This document shows positions 34,019 through 42,861 of a stretch of 64,000 nucleotides of DNA, piece by piece; positions within the stretch are counted from its first letter, which is position 1, and each line of letters starts with the position of its first letter. Position numbers and translations under genes: made by a program. The notes under the pieces are model-generated. The model saw only the letters and a program-made list of their open reading frames with translations. It made no database searches and was not told where the DNA came from. Source of the DNA: Planctomycetota bacterium (GTDB taxonomy: Bacteria > Planctomycetota > B15-G4 > JADJEK01); the NCBI GenBank assembly GCA_044225365.1, contig JBGAIQ010000010.1, positions 1-64,000 on the forward strand, in the 5' to 3' direction.

Positions 34019-35566
34019 GTGTCCGCCCCACCGCCCGAACTGACGGCCGCGGCGCTCGCGCGTCTCGCGCGGCACGCGAGGTCGGCGTGCGGTAACGCCG
34101 TCCGGGCGGTGATCGATGTCGCTTCGAACTCGCGGCTCCTCCTGCTCGGGGAGCCCGCGAGCGCGAATTCACCGCTGCGCGCCCGTCTGCTCGTCGTCAC
34201 GGCGAGCGGACGGGCGCGCGTGCATTCGACCACCCCACTGAAACCCGGGGGAACGGCGGGAACGGGCCACCGCAAGCGCGAGCCGGCGAAGGCCCCGGCG
34301 CATCCGTTCACTCTCCGCCTCGCCGCCGAACTCGAAGGCGCGATCCTGCGCGACGTCCGCGCCGCCGGGCACGATCGCGTCGTCACGCTCGAGTTCGAGT
34401 CTCCCCGCGGAGAGCGCCGCGTGGTCGCGGAGTTGTTCGGCGCCGAGCCGAATCTCCTGCTGCTCGATTCGACGGGAACCATCCTCGCCCTGCTGCATCC
34501 CCGCAGCGGCAAACGCAAGCTCACGATCGGAGCCGCCTGGACGAGCCCGCACGCTGCTTCGCTCCGGGACTTCGAGTCCTCGCCGCCCATGAGCGACGAT
34601 CCCGAGTCCGACGCGGAGTTCGCTGCTCGCGTCGACGCGGCCTACGCAGTGATCGATCGTGGAGCGGAGTTCGCCGCGGTCCTCTCGCGATTGCGCAGCA
34701 AGCTCGCCGCGAAGCGTACGCGGGAGGAGAAGAAGCGCGCCGCGATGCGATCGGATCTCGAGAGCGCGGCCGAGGCGCCGCGGCTGCGCGAACTCGCCGA
34801 CATCCTCGCCGCCAATTTCACGCTCCTCCGAACCGGAATGGACTCATTGCGTGCGCTCGATCTCTATCGCGGCGGCGAGGTCACGATCCCGCTCGACCCC
34901 GCTTTGTCGCCGAAGGAGAACGTCGCGCGCCACTATCACCGCGTCGAGAAGAAGGAGCGAGGCGCGAAGCAGATCGGCGCGCAGCTTGCGCTCTGCGACG
35001 AGCGCCTCGCGACTCTCGATCGCGACCTCGCGATCGTCGAGGGCGCCGCATCGCTCGCAACGAGCGCGGTCGACGACGCCCTGCGATCTCGCATCGAGGC
35101 GCTCGCGATCGAGCACGAGGTCCTCGCCGCGACGGTCGCGCGCGATCTCTCGAGCGTCAAGCGGAGGAAGGACGACGCCGCGCTCGAGGGGCTACGGAGA
35201 TTCCATCGCTCGAGCGGCGCCCTGATCCTCGTGGGTTCGAGCGATGCCGACAACGATCGACTCACCCATCGAATCGCTCGCGCGAACGACGTGTGGATGC
35301 ACGTGGAAGGTTTCCCCGGTTCACACGTCGTGCTCCGCCTCCCCCGTGGAGCGACGGCGAGCCTCGAGGACCTCCTCGCGGGAGCGCGCCTCGCCGTTCA
35401 CTTCTCGAAGCGCCGCGGAGCCGCGCGCGCCTTCGTGATCTACACCGAGAAGAAATACGTGCGAAAGGGCAAGGGCAAGGCCGGCCTCGCACTCGTCGAT
35501 CGACACAAGACCCTGACGATCGACCACGATCCCAAGGCGCTCGCCGCACTCCTCGCCGGCACCTGA
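34019..35566 (+). CDS. rqcH: NFACT family protein (RqcH/Rqc2-like ribosome quality control factor)
   Basis: GHDRVV and ELFGAEPNLLL (NFACT-N), IPLDPALSPKENVARHY, DVWMHVEGFPGSHV (NFACT-R). Confidence 0.85.
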   Translation: MSAPPPELTAAALARLARHARSACGNAVRAVIDVASNSRLLLLGEPASANSPLRARLLVVTASGRARVHSTTPLKPGGTAGTGHRKREPAKAPAHPFTLRLAAELEGAILRDVRAAGHDRVVTLEFESPRGERRVVAELFGAEPNLLLLDSTGTILALLHPRSGKRKLTIGAAWTSPHAASLRDFESSPPMSDDPESDAEFAARVDAAYAVIDRGAEFAAVLSRLRSKLAAKRTREEKKRAAMRSDLESAAEAPRLRELADILAANFTLLRTGMDSLRALDLYRGGEVTIPLDPALSPKENVARHYHRVEKKERGAKQIGAQLALCDERLATLDRDLAIVEGAASLATSAVDDALRSRIEALAIEHEVLAATVARDLSSVKRRKDDAALEGLRRFHRSSGALILVGSSDADNDRLTHRIARANDVWMHVEGFPGSHVVLRLPRGATASLEDLLAGARLAVHFSKRRGAARAFVIYTEKKYVRKGKGKAGLALVDRHKTLTIDHDPKALAALLAGT

Positions 35567-35587
35567 CGACTTCTTCGCGTCCGCCGA

Positions 35588-35667
35588 GAATTCGTCTCAT
35601 CCGGCTCAAGTCGCGTTCCCGTCATGCTCGATGAAGATCGTTGCTTCTCCGGCGGGTCCCGCCGGAG
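35588..35667 (+). promoter_or_regulatory. Putative promoter motif shared with the MCP gene, plus a perfect palindrome in the pilin leader
   Basis: GAATTCG(35588)-N10-CTCAAG(35605)-N18-CGATGA(35629); CTCCGGCGGG-T-CCCGCCGGAG at 35647-35667. Confidence 0.5.
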
Positions 35668-35694
35668 CACGTTCCACGAGCGAAGGGATTGGCC

Positions 35695-36219
35695 ATGCTT
35701 TCAACGTTCCAACGCGCACGAGCGCAGGGTTTCACCCTCGTCGAGCTCCTCATCGTCGTCGTCGTTCTCGGCATCCTCGCGGGCATCGTCCTGCCGTCGA
35801 TCAACACTTCGACCGAAGATGCCAAGGTCTCCGCGACCGTCCAGAACCTCCAGACCGTGCGAGCGGCACTCGACTACTTCAAGCTCGGTCACAACGACAA
35901 GTATCCGGGCTATCCCGCGTCGGGATCGGGCGCGCCGACCGAGGCGTTGACGATCGATCAGCTCACCCTGCAAACGACGAAGGACGGCGCGACCGGAGCG
36001 ATCGGTGACACTGCGTTCCCGCTCGGGCCGTACCTGAAGAACGGGTTCCCGGCGAACCCATTCAACAACCTGAAGACGATCACGGTGATCGCGAACGGTG
36101 GCGCGTTCCCGACCGCCGCCGACGACTCGACGGGCTGGATCTACAAGCCCGAGACGGGTCAGTTCAAGGCGAACACCACGGCGAAGACCGCGGACGATCA
36201 GAACGTCTTCGACTACTGA
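35695..36219 (+). CDS. Major type IV pilin / GspG-like pseudopilin
   Basis: Class III signal RAQG|FTLVELLIVVVVLGILAGIVLP; GPYLKNGFPANPF. Confidence 0.9.
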   Translation: MLSTFQRARAQGFTLVELLIVVVVLGILAGIVLPSINTSTEDAKVSATVQNLQTVRAALDYFKLGHNDKYPGYPASGSGAPTEALTIDQLTLQTTKDGATGAIGDTAFPLGPYLKNGFPANPFNNLKTITVIANGGAFPTAADDSTGWIYKPETGQFKANTTAKTADDQNVFDY

Positions 36220-36231
36220 TCCCGTGCTCTC

Positions 36232-36768
36232 GTGAGTGCGCACCGCATCGTTCTCGGTAGACGCCTTCATTCCGCCTCGCGCGAGTGCGGACTCTTCTCG
36301 TTCGTCGAGATCATGATCGCTTCGCTCATCCTTGCCCTGTCGGCGACCGCGACGGCCTACTGGGTCGAGACCGTGGCGAATCTGACCAACGACGCCGACG
36401 AACAGACGATCGCGACCACGCTCGTGAAGACCGTACAAGGCGTGATCGCCTCGAAGGCGTTCGAAGAAGCCGGTGCGACGACGTTTGGCCCCGAGAGCGG
36501 CGAATCGATCGCGACGTTCGACGACCTCGATGACTTCGACGGCCTCGTGGCGTGTCCCCCCTTCGACGCGCACGGCGCACCGCTCACGCAGCTTCCGACG
36601 TGGTCGGTGCGAATCGAGGTCGCCAACTACGAGTCGAACGCATCGGGCCCATCGAAGCTCGACGACTCCGCCGACGCAACGCTGCGAGGCGTCTCCATCG
36701 ATGTCGAACACGACGGGCGCACCATTGCGCATGCCTTCTGGCTGCGAGCCAGGTCTCCCTTCGAATGA
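36232..36768 (+). CDS. Minor pilin (PilV/MshD-like) with atypical cleavage site
   Basis: ECGLFSFVEIMIASLILAL; FDDLDDFDG motif. Confidence 0.7.
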   Translation: MSAHRIVLGRRLHSASRECGLFSFVEIMIASLILALSATATAYWVETVANLTNDADEQTIATTLVKTVQGVIASKAFEEAGATTFGPESGESIATFDDLDDFDGLVACPPFDAHGAPLTQLPTWSVRIEVANYESNASGPSKLDDSADATLRGVSIDVEHDGRTIAHAFWLRARSPFE

Positions 36769-36775
36769 GGACGTC

Positions 36776-37036
36776 ATGGCCAACGAGAATCGCGACGATC
36801 GATCGAACGTGAGGGCGACCGCCTGGCGGCTCCTTCCGTTCCTCGCACTCTCCTTCCTGTTCCTTCCTCCCTTCACGAGCAGCTCGTCCGGCCGCACGGC
36901 GAGCTCCGGAGATCCTCACGGTCCGATCGCTCCGCCGAATCCGGTCGAGCAGCGCGCCGAGATGATCGCGCTCCTGCGCTCGATCGATTCGCGCCTCGAG
37001 TCGATCGAGAAAGTCCTCGCGAACAAGGCCAAGTGA
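36776..37036 (+). CDS. Small single-TM hypothetical protein
   Basis: GAGG RBS; hydrophobic WRLLPFLALSFLFL; C-terminal amphipathic helix QRAEMIALLRSIDSRLESIE. Confidence 0.55.
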   Translation: MANENRDDRSNVRATAWRLLPFLALSFLFLPPFTSSSSGRTASSGDPHGPIAPPNPVEQRAEMIALLRSIDSRLESIEKVLANKAK

Positions 37037-37064
37037 CTCTCGAGAGTCGCTTCCGGAATCCAAC

Positions 37065-38114
37065 ATGTTCTTCACGCGCACCAGGGTCTCACCGATCGGA
37101 GTCAGTCTCGAGCAGAACGCCGTGCGTCTCTTGCAGCTCGAGCACAAGGGCTCCGAGTGGCGCGTACGAGCGAGCGCCGAGATCGACCGCGGCGATGCCG
37201 AAGGAGCGCCCCTCGATCGCTCCCTCGCGAAGAAGATCGAAGAGGCGTTGCGCACGAATCCGTTCGTCGGGCGCCGCTCGGTGGTCGCATTGCCCTCGGA
37301 TGCGATCGTCGAACGCCACGTCAAGGTGGAGAGCGCCGAAGGTCAGGCGCTCTGCGACCAGCTCCTGTTCGAACTCGAACCGAGCTTCCCGAACGACGTA
37401 CCGATCGTGCAGCATCTCGCCGTCGGCGAAGTCCAGGAGCGCGGCGAACGCCGTCACGAACTCATCGTGCTCGCTGCCTCGCTGCGCGGCGTCGAGTCGC
37501 TCCTCGAATTCCTCGAATCCGCCGATCTCGAACCGATTGCACTCGATGCCGAGAGTTGCGCGATCGTGCGCTGCTTCATGCACCGCCGGCGACGAAAGGC
37601 CGATGCAGAGCGCCAGACGGCGATCGTCCACGTCGGACAGCGCGCGACGTGGATGACGATCACGTCGGCAATGCATCCCATGTTCATGAAGCAGCTCCCG
37701 CTCGGCGCGATGGAACTCCTCGACGCGGCCTCGGCGCGCCTCGGTCTCGGGCGCGACGAGATCCGCATCTGCCCTGCGAGTGATCGCATCGACGAGGAGA
37801 AGGAACTCGGAGACCACGTCGCGCAGGCGCTGCGGCTCCAACTCGACTCGCTCGCGCTCGAGCTCGGCTCGTGCCTTCGCTATCACGCGGCCTCACGCCG
37901 CGGATCCGGACCGCTCGAGATCCTGCTCGTCGGTCCCGGGGCCGAGATCCCCGGCGTCGCCGACTCGCTCGCAGAAGCGCTCGGCGAGCCCGTATCGCGA
38001 CCCGATCCGTTCTGCGCCGCGTACTCCGGTGTCCCGTCCGACCGAAGGACGGCCACGCACTTCCCGTTGTGGTGCGTTCCGCTCGGCCTCGCATTGCGCG
38101 AGGACGCCGCATGA
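37065..38114 (+). CDS. pilM: PilM-like actin-fold assembly protein
   Basis: PIGVSLEQNAVRLLQL, AIVHVGQRAT, ILLVGPGAEIPG, VPLGLALR. Confidence 0.85.
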   Translation: MFFTRTRVSPIGVSLEQNAVRLLQLEHKGSEWRVRASAEIDRGDAEGAPLDRSLAKKIEEALRTNPFVGRRSVVALPSDAIVERHVKVESAEGQALCDQLLFELEPSFPNDVPIVQHLAVGEVQERGERRHELIVLAASLRGVESLLEFLESADLEPIALDAESCAIVRCFMHRRRRKADAERQTAIVHVGQRATWMTITSAMHPMFMKQLPLGAMELLDAASARLGLGRDEIRICPASDRIDEEKELGDHVAQALRLQLDSLALELGSCLRYHAASRRGSGPLEILLVGPGAEIPGVADSLAEALGEPVSRPDPFCAAYSGVPSDRRTATHFPLWCVPLGLALREDAA

Positions 38115-38764
38115 GCGAGATCGACGTCGACTTCCTGCCCCCTTCGTGGCGCGCGCGACGCGCCCAGCGGCGGACGATCGTCTCTCGCGTGGGTGCGAGT
38201 TCGCTCATCCTCCTCACGATCGCGGCCACGCAGGGATTCGTCGCTCACCGCAGCCGGCAGCTCGATGTCGAACTCGCCGGCGTGGCGGCGGAGCACTCGC
38301 ACGCGAGCGAGAAGATCGCCAAGGTCGAAGAACTCGATCACCGCCGTCTCGAACTCGCCGGCAAGCTCGAACTGCTGAAGGACGTCCTGAAACGCGCCCG
38401 CGGCGCGGAGCTGATCGGGGCCATCGGACGCGCGGCGCCGCAGAACGTGGCATTCGATCTCGTCGAGTTCCACGTCAACGATCTGAAGGGCACGCCCGCG
38501 ATCGAGCTCACGGTGCAGGGAACTTGCCTCTTCCACGACGAGGCATCGCTCCTCGCCGAGAATCTGCGTGCCGATCCCAGCTTCTCCGCTGCGCGCCTCG
38601 TGTACTCCCAGGAAGGCGCGATCCCCGGCCTGAAGGAGTTCGTGATCACCGGCCTCGCGCCCGGGCTCCTCGACGAACCGGTGAGCGAGAAGCGGCGCGA
38701 ACGGCCGGTCGGCGCCGACGGCGAGGGTTCGCAAGACAACGAAGGCAAGGGCGACAAGCGATGA
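38111..38764 (+). CDS. pilN: PilN-like alignment protein
   Basis: ATGA coupling; IDVDFLP (INLLP-like) + TM + coiled coil + ferredoxin-like C-domain. Confidence 0.82.
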   Translation: MSEIDVDFLPPSWRARRAQRRTIVSRVGASSLILLTIAATQGFVAHRSRQLDVELAGVAAEHSHASEKIAKVEELDHRRLELAGKLELLKDVLKRARGAELIGAIGRAAPQNVAFDLVEFHVNDLKGTPAIELTVQGTCLFHDEASLLAENLRADPSFSAARLVYSQEGAIPGLKEFVITGLAPGLLDEPVSEKRRERPVGADGEGSQDNEGKGDKR

Positions 38765-39318
38765 CGCATCGCCCCTTGCCCCGATGGATGTTCGTCGCCG
38801 CGCTCGGAGGGACCGCGCTCGTGTTCGGCCAATTCGCGTTGCGCCCGGCACTCGCGGAGATCGCGAGCAAGAAGATGCAGCTCGTGAAGATGCGCGGCGA
38901 GATCGCGAGAGCCGAGGACTTCACGCGAGGTCTCGACGACCTCTCGCGGTATCTGCATGAGTTCTCCATCGCGCTCGACGAGCTCGATCGCCTGGTCCCC
39001 AAGGAGACCGATGCCGATGCTCGCGTCAGCGAGGTGACGACGATCGCCCGCGCCCTCGATCTCACGGTGACGAGCGTTCGCCCCGATCCCGCGGTCCCGA
39101 AGAACGGCATCACCGCGCATCCGCTGACCATCCGACTGCGAGGTGCGTATCTCTCGATCGAGAAGTTCCTCTACTCCCTCGAGGGACTGGAGCGGCATTC
39201 CCGCGTCACGCGCTGTCAGATCGACCGTGCGGACAAGACGGGAACGGATCCGACGGTCGTCGCCCAGATCGAACTCACCTCGTTCTCCCTCGCCGGCGGC
39301 AAGGGAGGTTCGCAATGA
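38761..39318 (+). CDS. pilO: PilO-like alignment protein
   Basis: ATGA coupling; TM, coiled coil, LVPKE, PLTIRLRGAYLSIEKFLYSLE. Confidence 0.85.
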   Translation: MTHRPLPRWMFVAALGGTALVFGQFALRPALAEIASKKMQLVKMRGEIARAEDFTRGLDDLSRYLHEFSIALDELDRLVPKETDADARVSEVTTIARALDLTVTSVRPDPAVPKNGITAHPLTIRLRGAYLSIEKFLYSLEGLERHSRVTRCQIDRADKTGTDPTVVAQIELTSFSLAGGKGGSQ

Positions 39319-40028
39319 GCACGCCGAGGAATCCAGCGCTCCGCACTTTCCCCTCCGATCCCAAGGAGGACACCGCGCTGTCGCGGCTCACTTACGAGCT
39401 GAGGAACAGCCCGGTCAAGGCCGTGGTCCTCGGCGTCGGCATCCTCGTCGCCCTTCTCGTGTGGGTACCGCGCTTCGTGACGCGAAGCTCCGACGCAGGC
39501 TCACAGACGACCTCCACGACGAAGGACCCGGCGTCGAACGCCTCGCCTTCCTCGTCGTCTGCGCTCGCGGGTTTCGTCGCGAATCTCGCGGATGGCTCGT
39601 CTCGCGACTCGTTCGCGATGCGCACCGAATTCATGCGGATCTCCCAGGAAGCACAGCAACTCCACCGCTTCGCCGACGGCATCGAACCGCGCGCATCGTC
39701 GCGCGACCCGTTCGCGAGGATCGCGACGAAGAAGCCCCCGAGCGTGGCGCCCGATCCGCCGCCGCAATCGGAGGACACCAGCGAGACTCCGGCCCTACTC
39801 GAAAGCGACGCCGAACGCGCGCGCGTCGCTCTGCTGCGGATCGACGGCATCGTTCGCTTCGCGACGCATTCGCAGTGTTTCCTCGGTGGCATGCGGCACG
39901 AGGTCGGCGAGACGATCGACGGCGGGCTCACGATCGAGACGATCGAAGAACGCGCCGTCGTCCTGAAGGGCAAGTACGGCACCTACCGACTCGAGATGCA
40001 TCACGGCGACAAGGAGTCCCATCGATGA
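39315..40028 (+). CDS. PilP/MshK-like protein
   Basis: TM, RDPF motif, C-terminal LRIDGIV...VGETIDGGLTIETIEERAVVL beta-domain; lies between pilO and the secretin. Confidence 0.65.
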   Translation: MSTPRNPALRTFPSDPKEDTALSRLTYELRNSPVKAVVLGVGILVALLVWVPRFVTRSSDAGSQTTSTTKDPASNASPSSSSALAGFVANLADGSSRDSFAMRTEFMRISQEAQQLHRFADGIEPRASSRDPFARIATKKPPSVAPDPPPQSEDTSETPALLESDAERARVALLRIDGIVRFATHSQCFLGGMRHEVGETIDGGLTIETIEERAVVLKGKYGTYRLEMHHGDKESHR

Positions 40029-41704
40029 GATTCGCAACCTGGTGCGAAGTCGGGATCGCCCTCTCGCTCGGCGGGTCGATGCAGGCGCAGGTCGCCGCGC
40101 CGCCGACCGGCGCTGGAACGGGCATGACTGCGCCACGATCCGAACGCGTCACATTGAGTCTCGATCACGTTCCGCTCTCGAAGGCGCTCGAGTCGTTCGC
40201 GGTCGAGTATCGAATGAACGTCGTCGCCGGCCCGGGGATCGGCGGCGAGGTCACGCTGAACTTGTTCGACGTACCGGTCGAGGACGCGCTGAGGGCGATC
40301 CTCGCGGCGAACGGCTACGGCTACCGTCGCAGCGGCCCCTTCTATCTGATCGCCAAGCTCGATCAGCTCACCGACACTCCGCTCGTCGACCCGCTCGAGA
40401 GTCGGATCGTCTGGCTCGACTACCTGCGCGCCGACGACGCCCTGAAGCTCATCGAACCGCTGAAGTCGAAGGATGGCTCGTTCGTCGCGGGCAGCCCCGC
40501 CGAAGCCGGGCTGAACGAGGATTCGAAGCAAGCGGGCGGGAACTCGCAGGCCGTCGGCGAGGTGCTGCATCTCCACGACAAGCGCTCGGTGATCGACGAC
40601 GTCGTGAAGGTCCTGAAGGAGCTCGACAAGCGCCCGCGTGAAGTGCTCGTCGAAGCCGTCGTCCTCGAAGTGAAGCTCTCGAACGACACGAAGCTCGGGA
40701 TCGATTTCAACACGCTCTCCGGGATCGACTTCAAGGACCTCTCGGGCGTGTCGGATTTCAACAAGGTGCTCACCGCGCCGGTGACGGACGGCAAGACGTT
40801 CGAGAAGGGCGCCGCCAGCGCGGGGACCTTTGGCTTCGCGAACGACGGCAACACGGATGGGCTGCACGTCGGAATCCTCGGCGACAGCGTCGCGGTCTTC
40901 ATCGAGGCGATCGAGCGGGTGACGGACACCACCGTGCTCGCGAGCCCGCGCGTGCTCGCGGTCGATCGCCAGAAGGCCGAGATCATCATCGGATCGAAGT
41001 TGGGGTACAAGTCGACGACCACGACCGAGACCGCCACGGTCGAAGACGTGCAGTTCCTCGACGTCGGAACACAATTGCGATTCCGGCCGTTCATCTCGAG
41101 CGACGGCTTCGTCCGCTTCGAGATCCATCCCGAGAGTTCGACGGGCGTCGTCGATCCGATCTCCGGCCTTCCATCGGAGACCACGACGGAGGTGACGACG
41201 AACGTCGTCGTGAAGGACGGCTCGACGATCGCTCTCGGCGGTCTCATCGGCGACCAGGTCGAGACCGTCACGAAGCAGGTTCCGCTGCTCGGGAGCATCC
41301 CGCTCATCGGGTTCCTGTTCCGTTCGTCGAACGACACGGTCGAGCGCCGCGAGATCATCGTCCTCATGACGCCGCACATCATCGACCCGTCGGCCTCCGA
41401 CGTGGCGACGCTCGCGGAGGCCGACACGATGGCCTCGGCTCGCGATCTCGTCTTGCGCGAGCACCTGCCGCTGTCCCGCGCACGCCTCGCAAAGCCCATC
41501 CTCGAGCGCGCGGAGCAATGCCTTCGCGATGGCGACGCCACCTCTGCAGCAAGACTCGCCGACACCGCACTGTTCCTGATCCCCGCCGACCTGAGGGCCG
41601 TGCGCATCCGCCGCGACGCACTCGCGATGCTCGGCGTGAAGGATCGCGACGCACGCACCCTCGAGGCCCTCGAAGGTCTGAACGCCATGGCCGGGAACCG
41701 CTGA
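40025..41704 (+). CDS. Secretin (PilQ/GspD/MshL family) with C-terminal TPR-like tail
   Basis: Signal peptide, STN domain, VLVEAVVLEV, LASPRVLAVDRQKAEIIIG, VPLLGSIPLIGFLFR. Confidence 0.93.
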   Translation: MRFATWCEVGIALSLGGSMQAQVAAPPTGAGTGMTAPRSERVTLSLDHVPLSKALESFAVEYRMNVVAGPGIGGEVTLNLFDVPVEDALRAILAANGYGYRRSGPFYLIAKLDQLTDTPLVDPLESRIVWLDYLRADDALKLIEPLKSKDGSFVAGSPAEAGLNEDSKQAGGNSQAVGEVLHLHDKRSVIDDVVKVLKELDKRPREVLVEAVVLEVKLSNDTKLGIDFNTLSGIDFKDLSGVSDFNKVLTAPVTDGKTFEKGAASAGTFGFANDGNTDGLHVGILGDSVAVFIEAIERVTDTTVLASPRVLAVDRQKAEIIIGSKLGYKSTTTTETATVEDVQFLDVGTQLRFRPFISSDGFVRFEIHPESSTGVVDPISGLPSETTTEVTTNVVVKDGSTIALGGLIGDQVETVTKQVPLLGSIPLIGFLFRSSNDTVERREIIVLMTPHIIDPSASDVATLAEADTMASARDLVLREHLPLSRARLAKPILERAEQCLRDGDATSAARLADTALFLIPADLRAVRIRRDALAMLGVKDRDARTLEALEGLNAMAGNR

Positions 41705-41712
41705 GGAAGTCG

Positions 41713-42861
41713 ATGCGAATCCACCCCCTGCTCGTCCTCCTCTCGACGCTCACGACGGCCTGCGCGAACGACGCCGGCAACGGCGGAGGCGACTCCGGCG
41801 ATGCGTTCAAGCCCGCCAACGCGGATCTGCACACTCGCCTCGCCGATCATGCCTACGCCCGCGGCGATCTCTTGCCGGCCCGCGCCAACGCGCGGGAAGC
41901 GCTCCGCATCGATCCGCGTCGCGGCGATGCGGCCAAGATCCTCGCACGTGCCGAGGTCCTGCTCGGTTCCAAGGAAGCTGCGCTCGCGGCTGCTCGCCGC
42001 GCGACGGCCCTCGCCCAGGACGACGCCGACGCGTGGCTCCTACTCTACGATTGCGCCGAGGAAGCCGGCGAATTCGAGGAGGCGAACTCCGCGCTGGAGC
42101 GCTCGGTGGCCCTTGGTTCCGCCGACGCCGGACTCGCCTCCGCGGGTCGAGCGCTCGCGGCCGGGGACGAAGCTCCGATCCGCGACCTGCTCGCGAGCGA
42201 ACCTCGTTCGCACGCCGCCCTCGGGCTCTATGCCGATCGCCTCGCCGCTACTGGCCGCGGCACCGAGGCGATCGCACTCCTCGACGCCGCCTTGGGGAAG
42301 ACTCCGAACGACTCCGCCCTCGCCCTCACGCGCCAGCGAATCTCCATCGACAACGCCGTGATCGCGCCCCCGCGAGAGCTCCGCGAATCGAATTCGCCCG
42401 AATCCATGCTCCTCGACGCGGCGATGCTCCTGAAGCGCGGTGAGGCCTCGAAGGCCGCGGCGGCGTATCGCGAGATCGTGCGCGCCGAACCGACCCACGT
42501 CGTTCCGCGCATCTGCCTCGGAGAAGCACTGCTCGCGATGAACGACCACCTCGGCGCCGTCGCGGCGTTCGAGTCGGCGCTCGAGATCGACTCGCACGAT
42601 CTCGACGCATTGCTCGGCATCGCCCGCGCGCATCTCGTTCGCGGAGCGTACGAGGACGCCCTGACGACACTCGACCGCGCGAACCTCGTCGCGCCCGATC
42701 GCCTCGCGGTCCACGGCCTCCTGGTCGCCGCGGCGCATGGCGCCGGCGATGTGAAGCGGGCAACGGCGGAAGCGATCGCCGTTCGGCGCATCGATCCCGG
42801 CGGAGCGATCGACCTGCGTTGCCGGGAGATCCTCGCAACGAAGGCGGAACGGCCGAAATGA
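41713..42861 (+). CDS. TPR lipoprotein (pilotin/MshN-like)
   Basis: GAGG RBS; lipobox LTTAC; multiple TPRs. Confidence 0.75.
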   Translation: MRIHPLLVLLSTLTTACANDAGNGGGDSGDAFKPANADLHTRLADHAYARGDLLPARANAREALRIDPRRGDAAKILARAEVLLGSKEAALAAARRATALAQDDADAWLLLYDCAEEAGEFEEANSALERSVALGSADAGLASAGRALAAGDEAPIRDLLASEPRSHAALGLYADRLAATGRGTEAIALLDAALGKTPNDSALALTRQRISIDNAVIAPPRELRESNSPESMLLDAAMLLKRGEASKAAAAYREIVRAEPTHVVPRICLGEALLAMNDHLGAVAAFESALEIDSHDLDALLGIARAHLVRGAYEDALTTLDRANLVAPDRLAVHGLLVAAAHGAGDVKRATAEAIAVRRIDPGGAIDLRCREILATKAERPK

